DNA from: Thermoproteota archaeon
GTDB lineage: Archaea; Asgardarchaeota; Jordiarchaeia; Jordiarchaeales; Freyrarchaeaceae
Direction of reading: 5' to 3'
Assembly: GCA_029258835.1 (NCBI GenBank)
Contig: JAPDJY010000053.1
Location: 1 to 64,000, forward strand
DNA length: 64,000 nucleotides
Part shown: positions 16,989 through 27,261 of the stretch, one piece after another
Position numbering within the stretch: the stretch's first letter is position 1
Layout: each line of letters starts with the position of its first letter
Program-made: the position numbers and the translations under genes
Notes under the pieces: generated by a model
Databases searched by the model: none
Seen by the model: the letters and a program-made list of their open reading frames with translations, nothing else
What the model was told of the DNA's origin: nothing

Positions 16989-17579
16989 ATGATTGAGGGG
17001 ATAATCTTTGATATGGACGGCGTTTTAGTATCGTTAAACTTGGATATGAAGGAAATGACGAGGAAGGTTGAGGAGTGTCTTGGCTTCAAGGTTGACCGAA
17101 CGGTCTTTGGAACCCTTGTTAGGCTGATCGAGAAGGATAAAGAGCTTTACGAGAGGTGTCTGTCAGCGATTGACGAAGTGGAGATGGCGGCTATCGAGCG
17201 GACAATGACCGTTTTTCCCGACACGAGGATGGTGATTGAGCAGCTTAGCAAAAGTTACCCTTTAGCCTTAGTAACTCTGCAAGGCAGGAGGGCGGCTTTG
17301 AAAGTATTGGACAAACTAAACATAAGACAGCTGTTTAGGTTCATATTTACGAGGGAAGACTCTCTTTTCAGAAGCGAACAAATTAGAAAAGCAATTCAAG
17401 CGTTGGGTATAAACAAGGAAAACGTTTTGATGGTTGGGGATCGTAAAAGCGACAAGTTGGCAGCGGAAGAGGTTGGATGCAAAGTGATAATAGTTCGGAG
17501 GGAGAACTATAAGCCCTTAGAGGGGGCTATTACGATCCATTCATTACACGAACTCCTAACGGTAATAAAAGGCTTTTAA
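16989..17579 (+). CDS. HAD-family hydrolase
   Basis: IIFDMDGVL, LVT, VGDRKSD; ATG 16989 preferred over the ORF-track start 16908. Confidence 0.88.
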   Translation: MIEGIIFDMDGVLVSLNLDMKEMTRKVEECLGFKVDRTVFGTLVRLIEKDKELYERCLSAIDEVEMAAIERTMTVFPDTRMVIEQLSKSYPLALVTLQGRRAALKVLDKLNIRQLFRFIFTREDSLFRSEQIRKAIQALGINKENVLMVGDRKSDKLAAEEVGCKVIIVRRENYKPLEGAITIHSLHELLTVIKGF

Positions 17580-17599
17580 CCAAACTGGAAAACCGCTAA

Positions 17600-18229
17600 A
17601 TGAGGGTACGGGCTTTTGAAAGACAGGAGGAGGTAAAAATGCCATTAAGAAGGATTAGTGAATGGTTAAGCAATGTTAAGCTGGAAACCGCTGTGGAGAT
17701 AATCGACGTGTCATTTGCAACCCTACTAGTACTGACAATAATTTTATTCTTTTTAAACGTGATAATGCTCCCAAAGAACGTGTTTTTCCTCCGTATTCCA
17801 GAGTTAAACGTCTTCAGCGCTTACTACTCGGCTCAACGGCTATCATTCAACGATGAAGCCATGATATTACTATCAATGCTCGTGGCAGCTCCAACACCAC
17901 TTTCCTTATTTGTAACATTACGTATAAGAAGTGAATGTGGAGAGAGTTTCAGTGAAGCATGGGAGAAAATGGTAAACTCGCTAAGGGAAAAATGGCTAAA
18001 CAAGGAAAGGGAAGGGATTGCAACCATAGTTCTCCTAGTATCCTCAGTGGTACTAATTGTTCTCCCTTTCACGACGATTCTGCTTCTTCAACCAGTAATA
18101 ATAGACTACGTGGCATCAAATCTCACAGCCCAGTGGTATCAGGGTAACATGATCTGTTTTGCATCATCGTTAGCCATCGCGTATATTACCTCAAAGATCA
18201 ACGATTTGAAAAGAAAAGCAGAACAGTAG
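17600..18229 (+). CDS. Hypothetical membrane protein
   Basis: About four hydrophobic segments. Confidence 0.6.
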   Translation: MRVRAFERQEEVKMPLRRISEWLSNVKLETAVEIIDVSFATLLVLTIILFFLNVIMLPKNVFFLRIPELNVFSAYYSAQRLSFNDEAMILLSMLVAAPTPLSLFVTLRIRSECGESFSEAWEKMVNSLREKWLNKEREGIATIVLLVSSVVLIVLPFTTILLLQPVIIDYVASNLTAQWYQGNMICFASSLAIAYITSKINDLKRKAEQ

Positions 18230-18270
18230 TCACATTGAAAAAGGAGAAGAAGCTCTGAAGAGGTTAAAGT

Positions 18271-19152
18271 ATGGATTTCATTGAAAGCATGGACATAGTT
18301 ATGTGGGCTAAGAATGGTGCAAGATTTCTCCCCTTAACCCTTAAAAGAATAGAGAAAGTGTTGCCGGAAAACGTAGTGCACAGAAAAATCTTCATTGATG
18401 ACCACTCAGTGGACGGGTCAGCGTCCATCGCGAGGGAGTTTGGATGGGAGGTTTATGAAAATCCCGTGGGAGGGGTCGGCGGCGGCTTTGAAGAGGCGCT
18501 AAGGAAAGTGGACTGCCCGTTTTTCGCCTCGTTTGAACAGGATCTCCTCCTCAGCTGGAAATGGTGGCCTGCTATTCCACGCTACATGAAGGAAAGCCTT
18601 GTCGCTGTAGCTCAGGGATGGCGCATTTCCAGCCATCCAGTCCTAGGAGCAATAGAGGAAGCTGCAGTTAGAGTAAAGGGATTAATCAACATACCTCTCT
18701 ACAGCATAGATAATAACATTTACCGCACAGAGGCTATCAGGAAACTGGCTAGGAGGATAAGTGGGATACGTTACGCCGCCGACGCGGCACTTAGAGCAAA
18801 AATCCTGAAAAGTAAGCTGTTATGGGTTACCGATGTTAACGTCACCTCCCTTCATTTAAAGCCTACAGGTATTAGGGAGTATGTTAAACGGAGATATGGA
18901 GAACCTCGGAAAGAAGTCTACGAGTTAGCGTTAAGGGGAGAAATCGCGGAGGAGGAAGCGGAAAAGTTCAGGCTATTTAGCCTTTACCTGCGTTTTCTCC
19001 TATCTCCCGTAGTCGGCGTCAGCGCCTCACTTTTACAAAGGCAACCATGGCTCCTCGTATACTACCCTATGGTTAGGGGGCAAAGCCTTAAGGCGTTCAC
19101 CGAGTGGTTAAGAGAGAGAAGAGAGACGCTAAAGGAGGATAGAAGAGACTAG
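18271..19152 (+). CDS. Glycosyltransferase family 2
   Basis: IDDHSVDGS, FEQD (DxD-like). Confidence 0.8.
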   Translation: MDFIESMDIVMWAKNGARFLPLTLKRIEKVLPENVVHRKIFIDDHSVDGSASIAREFGWEVYENPVGGVGGGFEEALRKVDCPFFASFEQDLLLSWKWWPAIPRYMKESLVAVAQGWRISSHPVLGAIEEAAVRVKGLINIPLYSIDNNIYRTEAIRKLARRISGIRYAADAALRAKILKSKLLWVTDVNVTSLHLKPTGIREYVKRRYGEPRKEVYELALRGEIAEEEAEKFRLFSLYLRFLLSPVVGVSASLLQRQPWLLVYYPMVRGQSLKAFTEWLRERRETLKEDRRD

Positions 19153-19839
19153 CTGATTGTAAGTTTTACATCGATGAGCATTTTCCGCTAGGAACGCCTC
19201 GTAGTACTTAGGTACCATATTCTTTCTGAGAAGAGTGTAGAGGATTTTAACCGGCCATTCAATCAGCATTCTCCTAGTTGGCAGCTTACAGCCAACCGAG
19301 AATAAAAAGTATTCCGGGTGTGTGAGAACCGATGCAACCCCCTTCTTTCTAAGGCTTTCCTGAATCAGCTTCTTAAAGACCTGATATCCGTCCTTTCCTC
19401 GAGTTTCAATTAGCGTGTCAAGAGTCACGTGATCAACAGGGAAAACACGGGTTTGAGTTTTGAAGGCAGGTTTCCCGTAACCGCAAATATATTCCAGATT
19501 TAGACAATCCATAACACTCCAGGTTTTATCTCCTCTCCATCCTGGCCCGCCACGTTTACCACACGGGCTAACACCTCGAATGTTAAACCCGTGAGAGCGA
19601 AGTTCCTTTAGCTCTTCAAGCGCCCTCTTCGCATTGATCGTATTTGCGAGGTGTAAGCCTATTTCCCAGCCACCTTCCTCCGCTGCCTTCAAGAGTGCAA
19701 TGTCCCTTTCACTCTTTAACAACTCAACTCTGACAAATATCGTCGACCTAACACCGTAACGTTTCTCAAGTTCCATTAAGCGTGGCAGTCCAAGGCGTAG
19801 GCCTAAGTAGTAGTCTACATCGTGTCTTAAACCGATCAA
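19129..19839 (-). CDS. Polysaccharide deacetylase-like protein
   Basis: LRHDVD, EIGLH, LTHPE. Confidence 0.75.
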   Translation of the reverse strand: MIGLRHDVDYYLGLRLGLPRLMELEKRYGVRSTIFVRVELLKSERDIALLKAAEEGGWEIGLHLANTINAKRALEELKELRSHGFNIRGVSPCGKRGGPGWRGDKTWSVMDCLNLEYICGYGKPAFKTQTRVFPVDHVTLDTLIETRGKDGYQVFKKLIQESLRKKGVASVLTHPEYFLFSVGCKLPTRRMLIEWPVKILYTLLRKNMVPKYYEAFLAENAHRCKTYNQLVSSILL

Positions 19840-20767
19840 GCGCGTTCACCACCGGGATGAGAGGATACTTCAAACCTTGCGGAATAGCATCAACCAAATC
19901 CCTGTAAATGCCGATTTTTAGAGCCAGACTACCTCTCCAAGTTATGGGAATATAGTAGCGAGGAAGAACAAATCTTCTAAAACCATTCCGGTACTTGAAA
20001 AGGTCAAGGGAGGGGTGATTACCCATTCTCGCGTATATGAGGTACCGTATTCCCTTTTCCTCGCACACCTTAACGGCTTCGGATATTAAAGCGTTATTTG
20101 GAGCTTTATCCCTGTGGGCAATGTATGAGAGAAACTGGGTTATTACTCCAACGTTACCCCTAGCGTCTATTATCATGAAGCCTATTAGCCTGCCTTTATA
20201 GTATGCTCCCAGTAGCGTTCTATCCGTTTTAACGCTTAAGCACCCATTTCTTAGGATCCCTTTAAGGACGCTTTCGTAGCTTTCACCATAATGGGGGAAG
20301 CCGCGACCCTGCCTTATAGGCGTCTCATTGTATATTTTCCATATTTCCAAGGCTAATTGCTCTGTGGGCTTCTCAATTCTAATGGTAACTCCTTTCCTAA
20401 CCGCTTTCCTAACAGCCCACCTACTTGACTTAGCTATCTTCTTCCACCAGTAATCATGACTGTAAATTTTCATTAGGGCTACGTTATCGTGTACGTACTT
20501 GAAGTTCCAGTGCCTTTCTTTTCCTAGGAAGGTTCGCTCGATGAACGTGTAAACGTCTACTCCGGCTTGCTTGATAAGGTTTAGAAAGCTTTGGCTAGGA
20601 TTAAAATCGATGAGGTATTCTTGGGGGTGCTTGGCGATCCAGAAGAAGAGCTTCGGGCTGACAAGCAGCCCCCCTCTTCGCCGCCACCCCATATTTAATC
20701 CCTCATTCAAACTATAAGAGGCCGGCAAATAAACATTGCCGGAGGGGAAGGAGGAAATATCTGGCAA
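19766..20767 (-). CDS. GNAT/FemAB-like protein of surface-glycan clusters
   Basis: RWAVRKAVRKGV, IYNETPIRQGRGFPHYG, APNNALI, SLDLFKYRNGF; true start probably downstream of 20767. Confidence 0.7.
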   Translation of the reverse strand: MPDISSFPSGNVYLPASYSLNEGLNMGWRRRGGLLVSPKLFFWIAKHPQEYLIDFNPSQSFLNLIKQAGVDVYTFIERTFLGKERHWNFKYVHDNVALMKIYSHDYWWKKIAKSSRWAVRKAVRKGVTIRIEKPTEQLALEIWKIYNETPIRQGRGFPHYGESYESVLKGILRNGCLSVKTDRTLLGAYYKGRLIGFMIIDARGNVGVITQFLSYIAHRDKAPNNALISEAVKVCEEKGIRYLIYARMGNHPSLDLFKYRNGFRRFVLPRYYIPITWRGSLALKIGIYRDLVDAIPQGLKYPLIPVVNALDRFKTRCRLLLRPTPWTATLNGT

Positions 20768-21080
20768 GCCTCCACTAAGAGTTTAAACGTGAAGGAATGG
20801 AAGAGTGAAAGAATAAGGGGCCACTATCAGTAAAAGGGTTAAGCAGTTTAGATGTAGGAGGCGATTCCTAGCTGTTAAGAAGGCGTTACTGTGGGAGCGT
20901 GGGATTCCGGGGGAACATGCTGTGGGGGTATCGTCCTCTTAAAGGTAGCTTGCATGGAGGCGAGAATGCGGAAGACTTGATGCCATAACCCCTAGTGAAC
21001 GGGATAAATAATAGAAGTTAACTACCTTGCTTATCTAGCAATGACGGGTTGACGCGTACCCCCAAGAATACGTTGAGTGT

Positions 21081-21623
21081 TCAGTCTTCTGTGGGCGTCC
21101 ACCTGGTAATCCCCTTCTCCTTGGTTAGCCTTTCTGCTTCGCCTAGATTGAACGGTTTCACAACCAAGGTTAAGCCTTCATATCCGATAACCTCTACGTC
21201 TTCCCCCTTCATAACATATGGTTTTCCCTTAACCCTCGCTGACCATAGTTCGCCTTCAACGTTCACGAGTCCCTTAGGGGCTACATCCGTTTTAGCAACA
21301 CCCTTCTTGCCGATTATTGACTCCATGTCAAGCTTTCTCTTTAGCTTCTTGGTTTCATAAGCCTTGTACGTCATAAACAAGAAGAAGGCGGAAAGCACCA
21401 CTCCTGTAACGATCACAATGTTCCTAATCGTAGCTACAAGCCTCCATTTCTCCGGAGGGGACTCCATAGGGAGCAAGATGATGACTGCTATGAGTGTGCA
21501 TCCTGTGCCGAGAAGGGACACTACCCCGCTTCCCAGTTTAACGTCAGCCAGCATTAAAACCACGCCTAAGGCGAGGAGTAGAAGGGAGCCCACCATGCTT
21601 ATGATCCATCCTTCAACAGGCAA
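21081..21623 (-). CDS. NfeD family membrane protein
   Basis: TM helices, then IGKKGVAKTDVAPKGLVNVEGELWSA...VIGYEGLTLVV. Confidence 0.88.
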   Translation of the reverse strand: MPVEGWIISMVGSLLLLALGVVLMLADVKLGSGVVSLLGTGCTLIAVIILLPMESPPEKWRLVATIRNIVIVTGVVLSAFFLFMTYKAYETKKLKRKLDMESIIGKKGVAKTDVAPKGLVNVEGELWSARVKGKPYVMKGEDVEVIGYEGLTLVVKPFNLGEAERLTKEKGITRWTPTED

Positions 21624-21735
21624 GCCACATCCCTCTCGGCTTACACCAATAAATAAATGATGAAGTTAAAAACTTATAATTTTATAATTCTTTTAACAAG
21701 TTTTAGTAAGACCTTCAGCGGGATCCTGCTGGAGT

Positions 21736-24507
21736 GTGGCTGGGATGATAGACTTAACAGCTCTCTTTGAAGCTTACTCTCTGAGCATTCCGTTAACAGT
21801 CACTTTCAATATTGCCCCAGCGTTGCTCATAGCGTTCCTATTAGCGTTAGCTAGGAGGAAAGCGGGGAAGTTCAAGCCGCTAATCACCGCAGGAATAATA
21901 GTAGTGGTAACCTTGGCAGCTTTAAACTGTGGAAACATACTCATATCCCACTTTGAAAACGTGGATCCCGGAAACCTTCTGCTGGAGTATTTAGGAGTGC
22001 CGGTGATGTTTTTTGAGGCATCGCTGATTTACCCATTCGAGAGCTGGACTGGAGCGGTAGCATCACAGTTCATAGTGGTATTAACCCACTACCTTGCTGG
22101 AACCCTTCAAACGTTCATCCTATGGGCCTTCGTCGGCTTGTTCTCGGTTTTCATAGGTATACCAACACTCCTCATCAGACTTCTAGTACTCGAAAGGAAG
22201 CTTGGGGGAACGTTCCTTGAAAGGGTTAAAAACGTGGTTTTCGGCAGGGTGCCAAGAAACCCGTTAGATGAGATGCCCAACGTCAGCCTCGTAAAGGACT
22301 ACCTTGTGATAGGGTTGGTTACGCTACCAGCCATGGTGTCGTTTGGCGCGACCGTTGAAAACTACTACAATATGGGTGTAATAGGAGGGTTCGGCCTTAA
22401 CGTGGCAATATACATAATGCTCCTTTACAGGTTCTCGTATCTGACGTCTTCAAGACTTGCTAAGAAGGGTGAAATGAAGTGTATGGGTGTCAACCTGGGA
22501 GATAAGCTGATGAGGAGCGTGACAGGCCCCTTCACGTACTTCAACATTCTTCTTTCAATGGCAGGGGTCGGAAACATCATATACGGGTTCTACACCCAGA
22601 GAACATTTTACATGATGCTCCAAGTGTTAAGAGAGAATTTTATAGCATCGCTGACCGCTCAGAACCCCATGCTGGGGTTGGCCGCATCAGCGTTAATCCC
22701 CCAGATGCAAGGAATAAACATTTACATGCTTGCCAGAATAACATTGGCAAATACGGCGTCAATAGTCTTTGCAGTAGCCCTCCTACCCCTCTTTGAAAAC
22801 TTCGGGGTTCACCTCTACGATAAAGCGTACAACGCTATGGTGAGGTTCTCGGAGGAGGTCAGGAAGCTGGGAAGCGGGGCAACCGTGGAGGGCATCATAA
22901 CGGGTGTGACGCTCGGGGCGGGAACGTTCATAGTTATTTACGTTTTGATGATGGCCATTACAGGGTTAGCTCTCGGCGGGCTATACGACCCAGCGGTTAC
23001 ATCAACCCTGATATACTTCGCTCTCTCCCATGAAACATACATCATGCTCTCGGCCACCCTAGCAGTCCATAACGGCTTCACCCTAACGTTCCCTCCAGCC
23101 ATGTCTGCAACGGCCCCCCTAGCAATGTGGGTTCTCTTAACAGTTTTCATCACAATGGCGGCACACTTCATTCTAGGAGGCGCCTCGGGAAGCCTAGCTA
23201 CGAGAGACGTGAAGCCAGAGGTGATAGCGTTCGTCTCGGCAACGATAACAGCCGTCGTCATGTGGATGTTCTCAACCCTAAGCACCCCCCTAGTGGGATA
23301 CGTGACAACGTACCTTGAAACCCCACCAGTGGGGGTCATAGCGTTAAACAGGCCACTAACAACCCAGCCAACCTACCTCATAGATCCGAAAGTGTACATA
23401 AACGGGATGTACATTTTCAGGCATGCGACATACCTAGCTTACCTAGTCCTCTTCGACCTTCCGATATGGATCCTCTCAACAACGTTGATAGCTTACCTTA
23501 CATACTACGCTAAGCCACCTGAAGAGGCTGCCGTAGCAGTACAGGTCCCCGCAGTCGAGGAGATAAAAGCTAAAGAGAAGGAGGCTGCGTTCAAGCTCAC
23601 TCTAAGCGACGTGGCGCTCAGCGCCGGAATATTTGCTTTAGGTATAGTAACTACAACGGTCGCCGCATTCCTGTTATACGGCGCCCTACAGCTTAACGCT
23701 GTCTGGCTTTTCAGGGCAGTAATATATGAGATTGCGGCGCCGGAGGGAATAGAGTACTGGCTTTACCTTAACCTTACACTCATACCCCACGCTATAGCGT
23801 CAATGCTACGTCTCCCCCCATGGACCCTTGAAAATAACCTGCCCATCATACTAATCCATAATTTTAACAGGTGCATTCTCTCATCGATTGGAGCCCTAAT
23901 CTTCTGGATGGTAACAGTAGGATTCTACATGGCTATTAGAGGTGAAACAAGCGGGGTTGAATGGTACATTCTAGGCGCGGTGGCATTCATAGCAGAGTAC
24001 TTTCTATTCGACGACCAGTTCACCCCTACAGCGATGATAATAATACCCTTACTGGTAGCAACAGCGTACAAGCTTGCCCACAGAAAAGCAAGCTTCACCT
24101 CAACCCTCATAAGAACATCCCTCTACTCGCTCTGCACGCTAGAGATACTTTCCACGGCGTTCGTGATAGGAGGACTCTACATGACAGAATCCGTCACATT
24201 CCTATGGCTTGGAGGAAAAGGAGGATACCCATACCTCATATCCATACTCCCTCACGGAGTGATCGAAATACCAGCAGCAATCCTAGCAACAGCGATAGGA
24301 ATATCAATAGCCAAAAGACTAACACAAACAATAGGCAAACCAGAAGAATTCCTAGAAAAATCAAAGGAAATACTGGCATCCACTAGCATGGCGGCAACAC
24401 TGCTAGTAACCATAACCCTATTCACAATAGCAGCAATAATAGAAGCGTACATATCACCCCAAATCTACTGGAGTACGTTTCCACTACTAGCCATTCTAAC
24501 GGGATAA
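21736..24507 (+). CDS. Large polytopic membrane protein with C-terminal SpoIIM (DUF95) domain
   Basis: Very many TM segments; C-term ILPHGVIEIPA...AAIIEAYISP. Confidence 0.8.
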   Translation: MAGMIDLTALFEAYSLSIPLTVTFNIAPALLIAFLLALARRKAGKFKPLITAGIIVVVTLAALNCGNILISHFENVDPGNLLLEYLGVPVMFFEASLIYPFESWTGAVASQFIVVLTHYLAGTLQTFILWAFVGLFSVFIGIPTLLIRLLVLERKLGGTFLERVKNVVFGRVPRNPLDEMPNVSLVKDYLVIGLVTLPAMVSFGATVENYYNMGVIGGFGLNVAIYIMLLYRFSYLTSSRLAKKGEMKCMGVNLGDKLMRSVTGPFTYFNILLSMAGVGNIIYGFYTQRTFYMMLQVLRENFIASLTAQNPMLGLAASALIPQMQGINIYMLARITLANTASIVFAVALLPLFENFGVHLYDKAYNAMVRFSEEVRKLGSGATVEGIITGVTLGAGTFIVIYVLMMAITGLALGGLYDPAVTSTLIYFALSHETYIMLSATLAVHNGFTLTFPPAMSATAPLAMWVLLTVFITMAAHFILGGASGSLATRDVKPEVIAFVSATITAVVMWMFSTLSTPLVGYVTTYLETPPVGVIALNRPLTTQPTYLIDPKVYINGMYIFRHATYLAYLVLFDLPIWILSTTLIAYLTYYAKPPEEAAVAVQVPAVEEIKAKEKEAAFKLTLSDVALSAGIFALGIVTTTVAAFLLYGALQLNAVWLFRAVIYEIAAPEGIEYWLYLNLTLIPHAIASMLRLPPWTLENNLPIILIHNFNRCILSSIGALIFWMVTVGFYMAIRGETSGVEWYILGAVAFIAEYFLFDDQFTPTAMIIIPLLVATAYKLAHRKASFTSTLIRTSLYSLCTLEILSTAFVIGGLYMTESVTFLWLGGKGGYPYLISILPHGVIEIPAAILATAIGISIAKRLTQTIGKPEEFLEKSKEILASTSMAATLLVTITLFTIAAIIEAYISPQIYWSTFPLLAILTG

Positions 24508-24575
24508 GGGCAAGACACCATCAAACACACTTTCAGCAAGCCACCGCCCTCCCCAACCCGAAGCACCACCTTCTC

Positions 24576-24592
24576 TTTCCCACAGTGGGAAA
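24576..24592. promoter_or_regulatory. Palindromic operator upstream of vapBC
   Basis: TTTCCCAC-A-GTGGGAAA perfect 8-bp inverted repeat next to an AT-rich TATA-like stretch. Confidence 0.55.
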
Positions 24593-24634
24593 AATTAATT
24601 AAAAAGAAATGTCCCACAAAAAGCAGGTGGAAGC

Positions 24635-24850
24635 ATGCTGGTTACACCTATAGATGGAAAAGGGAGAATAAGCCTTCCAAAAAAGTTCAGAGAAAAATGT
24701 GGTAGAAAAGTCATAATAAAGGAAGCAAACGGATACCTAGAAGTTCACCCCCTCCCAAACTACCGTGAATCCAAGGGAAAGTACCCCCTAAAGAAGAGCA
24801 TCGAGGAAGTAGAAGAGGACGAGGAGAAGCTCCTACTGGAAAGAGGCTGA
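24635..24850 (+). CDS. vapB: AbrB/MazE/SpoVT-type antitoxin
   Basis: IDGKGRISLPKKFRE; acidic C-terminus; precedes a PIN gene. Confidence 0.85.
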   Translation: MLVTPIDGKGRISLPKKFREKCGRKVIIKEANGYLEVHPLPNYRESKGKYPLKKSIEEVEEDEEKLLLERG

Positions 24851-24855
24851 AAAAC

Positions 24856-25299
24856 GTGAAGATCACCGCAGACACCGACCTCTTCATATCCCACTTCGCA
24901 GGGGACGAGCACGCCGACTACGCAGATAAAATACTAGAAGAAGCGGAGAGAGGAAAACTGAAAATTTACACTTCATCCATGATGATCGACGACCTTATAA
25001 CAGCCTACAGATCTCAAGGATACACGGTCAAGCAGGTTGTAAGCATACTCCAAGACCTCCAAACCCTAACCTTTGAAATCCTCCCATTACCAGTACATGT
25101 AGCAATAGAAGCCATGAAAATCTACAGCGAACATAAAGGATCAAGAAAGCTCCACTACTTCGACGCCTTCATCGTAGCGACAGCAAAACTCCAAGTCAAA
25201 GCACCACTAGTAACAACAGACAGGTACATACTGGAAAATCAAGAGAAACTCCAGGTCAAAGCGGTGAAAATAGAAGACTACGCAAAAACACTCAGGTAA
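24856..25299 (+). CDS. vapC: PIN-domain toxin
   Basis: ADTD, YFDAFIVATA, LVTTD. Confidence 0.88.
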   Translation: MKITADTDLFISHFAGDEHADYADKILEEAERGKLKIYTSSMMIDDLITAYRSQGYTVKQVVSILQDLQTLTFEILPLPVHVAIEAMKIYSEHKGSRKLHYFDAFIVATAKLQVKAPLVTTDRYILENQEKLQVKAVKIEDYAKTLR

Positions 25300-25421
25300 A
25301 AGTGAGGCACGGAGCCTTCCACGAAGAAAGCAAACACACCCCAACCAAAAGAAGAAAAAGAAATCCTCAAAAATATAAAAAACTGAAAGATAATGAGAGG
25401 AAGGCAATAAAAAGGAAGGTT

Positions 25422-26936
25422 TTATGGCATTGACAGCCTACCTGGGTGCATGATGAAGTTCGGGTCAATAACCTCTCTAAACCGCCTTAAGAGGTCATAG
25501 TATGCCTTAGCCCTAGCAAACGTTAGCGGGGCATGCACGTACGGGTCAGGCCTATAGTTCAGCCACCCTTTATCGAGGAATATCTCCGTAGTGACGCGGT
25601 TCACCTCCTGCACACGACGCACATCCTCAGGATCAGTATAATCGAAGCATACGATAGGCATACAAATTGCCTGGCGGCAGTGGTCAATGCTGGCTATCCA
25701 CATAACCGGAGGGAAACCATACTCCTCCAGCTTCTGATTGTAAATCTCCGCGAATTCCGCACAGTTCTTCCATGGGGTATACCAGGTAATGAACAGGAAT
25801 CCGGCGTTCCATAGCGAGTATGGGATGGCGATCTTGTTTGGTTTGCGGAGCCTGCTTTGGATTTGCTTGGGGTGTAGCTTCCACTCCTTTATTTCGTGGC
25901 CTGTTTTCGCGTTGTATTCTTTGGCTAGTTCATGTATCTTGTTAACTGTGAAGTCGAGTTCTTCTTTGCTGTGGCACCAGATCTCGAAGTTCATCCACCA
26001 TCGGGGGATGCCGAGTTTCTTGTAGAACTCGTAGTCTGTTGGGACTTTCTCCTTAGGCCATCGGGTCATGACAAGGGGCCAGTTTCCTCCCTGCACCATT
26101 ACGAGGTGGTCTGCTATGCCTAGCTCGTACTTTGACACTTCTAGGGTGAAGTCTTGCATGTCGTATGGGTTGTCCATTCCATATGCAATTATTGTCTTGT
26201 GGTGTGGGTGGGGGACTATTTTTATTGCGAGCTTGGTGATGACGCCCATTGTGCCTTGGGCTCCTAGGAAGAGGCCGTCGAAGTTTGGTCCTAACCCCCA
26301 CCTGTAGAATGGCTTTGCTCCGGGTAGAGACCAGCTTCCGGTTCTGACTATTTCGCCTGTTGGGAGTACGATTTCCATGCCTAGTACCATGTCTGCCTGT
26401 GGGCCATACCTTGCTGTGACCATGCTGAATCCTCTTTCGAGGGCGTCGCCGACCACGGTTGCGGCTGGCGGTGCACCGTCGGGAACCGGGGGAGCCCAGT
26501 CTGGGTAGTATTCTTCAGGGCAACTGAGGGATATCCTCTATGTTGCCTTTCTGAAGTATGCCCAGACTTTGCCGCTTCTTACCCCCGGCTCCAGTACGGC
26601 GTATCTTGCGTCGGTGTTGACTTCTATTATGCGGTCCATTCGTGATAGGTCTAGTAGGATTCCTCCTGGCTGTACTAGGGGGGTTGCGTATCCGCCGCTT
26701 AGTCCTCCTGCGCATGGGGTTACGGGTATGTGGTTTTCATTTGCTAGGATCAGAATTTTTCTCACTTCTTCGACGTATCTGGGTCTCACGACTACTTCTG
26801 GTACTGTTGCTTCAAGCCCCATTATCCCTCTTGAGAGGTAACTGTACCGCATCGCGATGTCTGACGAGACGAACTCTTTCCCTACTATGCTTTCCAGCAT
26901 CTTTACGATGTCAGGTGTAACTTCATTATAACTCAC
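25422..26936 (-). CDS. FAD-binding oxidoreductase (GlcD/D-lactate dehydrogenase-like); two exons 26936-26549 and 26512-25422, 492 aa spliced
   Basis: PEVVVRP, GGILLDLSRMDRI, LEPGV / VLGMEIVLPTG, GAQGTMGVIT, DPNFIMHPG. The two same-frame ORFs join when a 36-nt BHB insert is removed. Confidence 0.85.
26513..26548 (-). other. Predicted BHB-type mRNA intron (36 nt)
   Basis: TCAG-AA^A-GGCAAC...GTTGCC-CTGA-AG^A; contains the in-frame TAG; spliced junction reads YFRKYYPDW. Confidence 0.8.
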
Positions 26937-27261
26937 AGGCTACTCCTCCAGGGGTTTTTCCATGCTGGTGAAATTTCAATTGAACATTTTACCTTCTATA
27001 TTTAAAGTTGTTGTTTTGATTTCCCGCTTCCCGAATCTTCATGTGGATGCTTAATTAACTCGGAGATGGAGCCATTAAAGTTTCGACTTTAAAAATCGTC
27101 TAAGGATGTATGAGGGTGTATTTTAAAAAAGATAAAAAATTTGGGGGTCTGAGTCCGGTTATCGCTAGCTTTCCATTTAACTATTTATTTTAGCCTTTTA
27201 AAAGTTGTGAAGGGTTCTGCTTGTTTTAGGGGGGGTTGCGGTTTGTTTTGCGTGTTGGGGG

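Noticed and set aside
26538-26540. Pyrrolysine read-through of the in-frame TAG
   Set aside because: The TAG lies inside a well-formed 36-nt BHB hairpin whose removal gives a clean junction, and no pyl genes are in the window. Not formally excluded.
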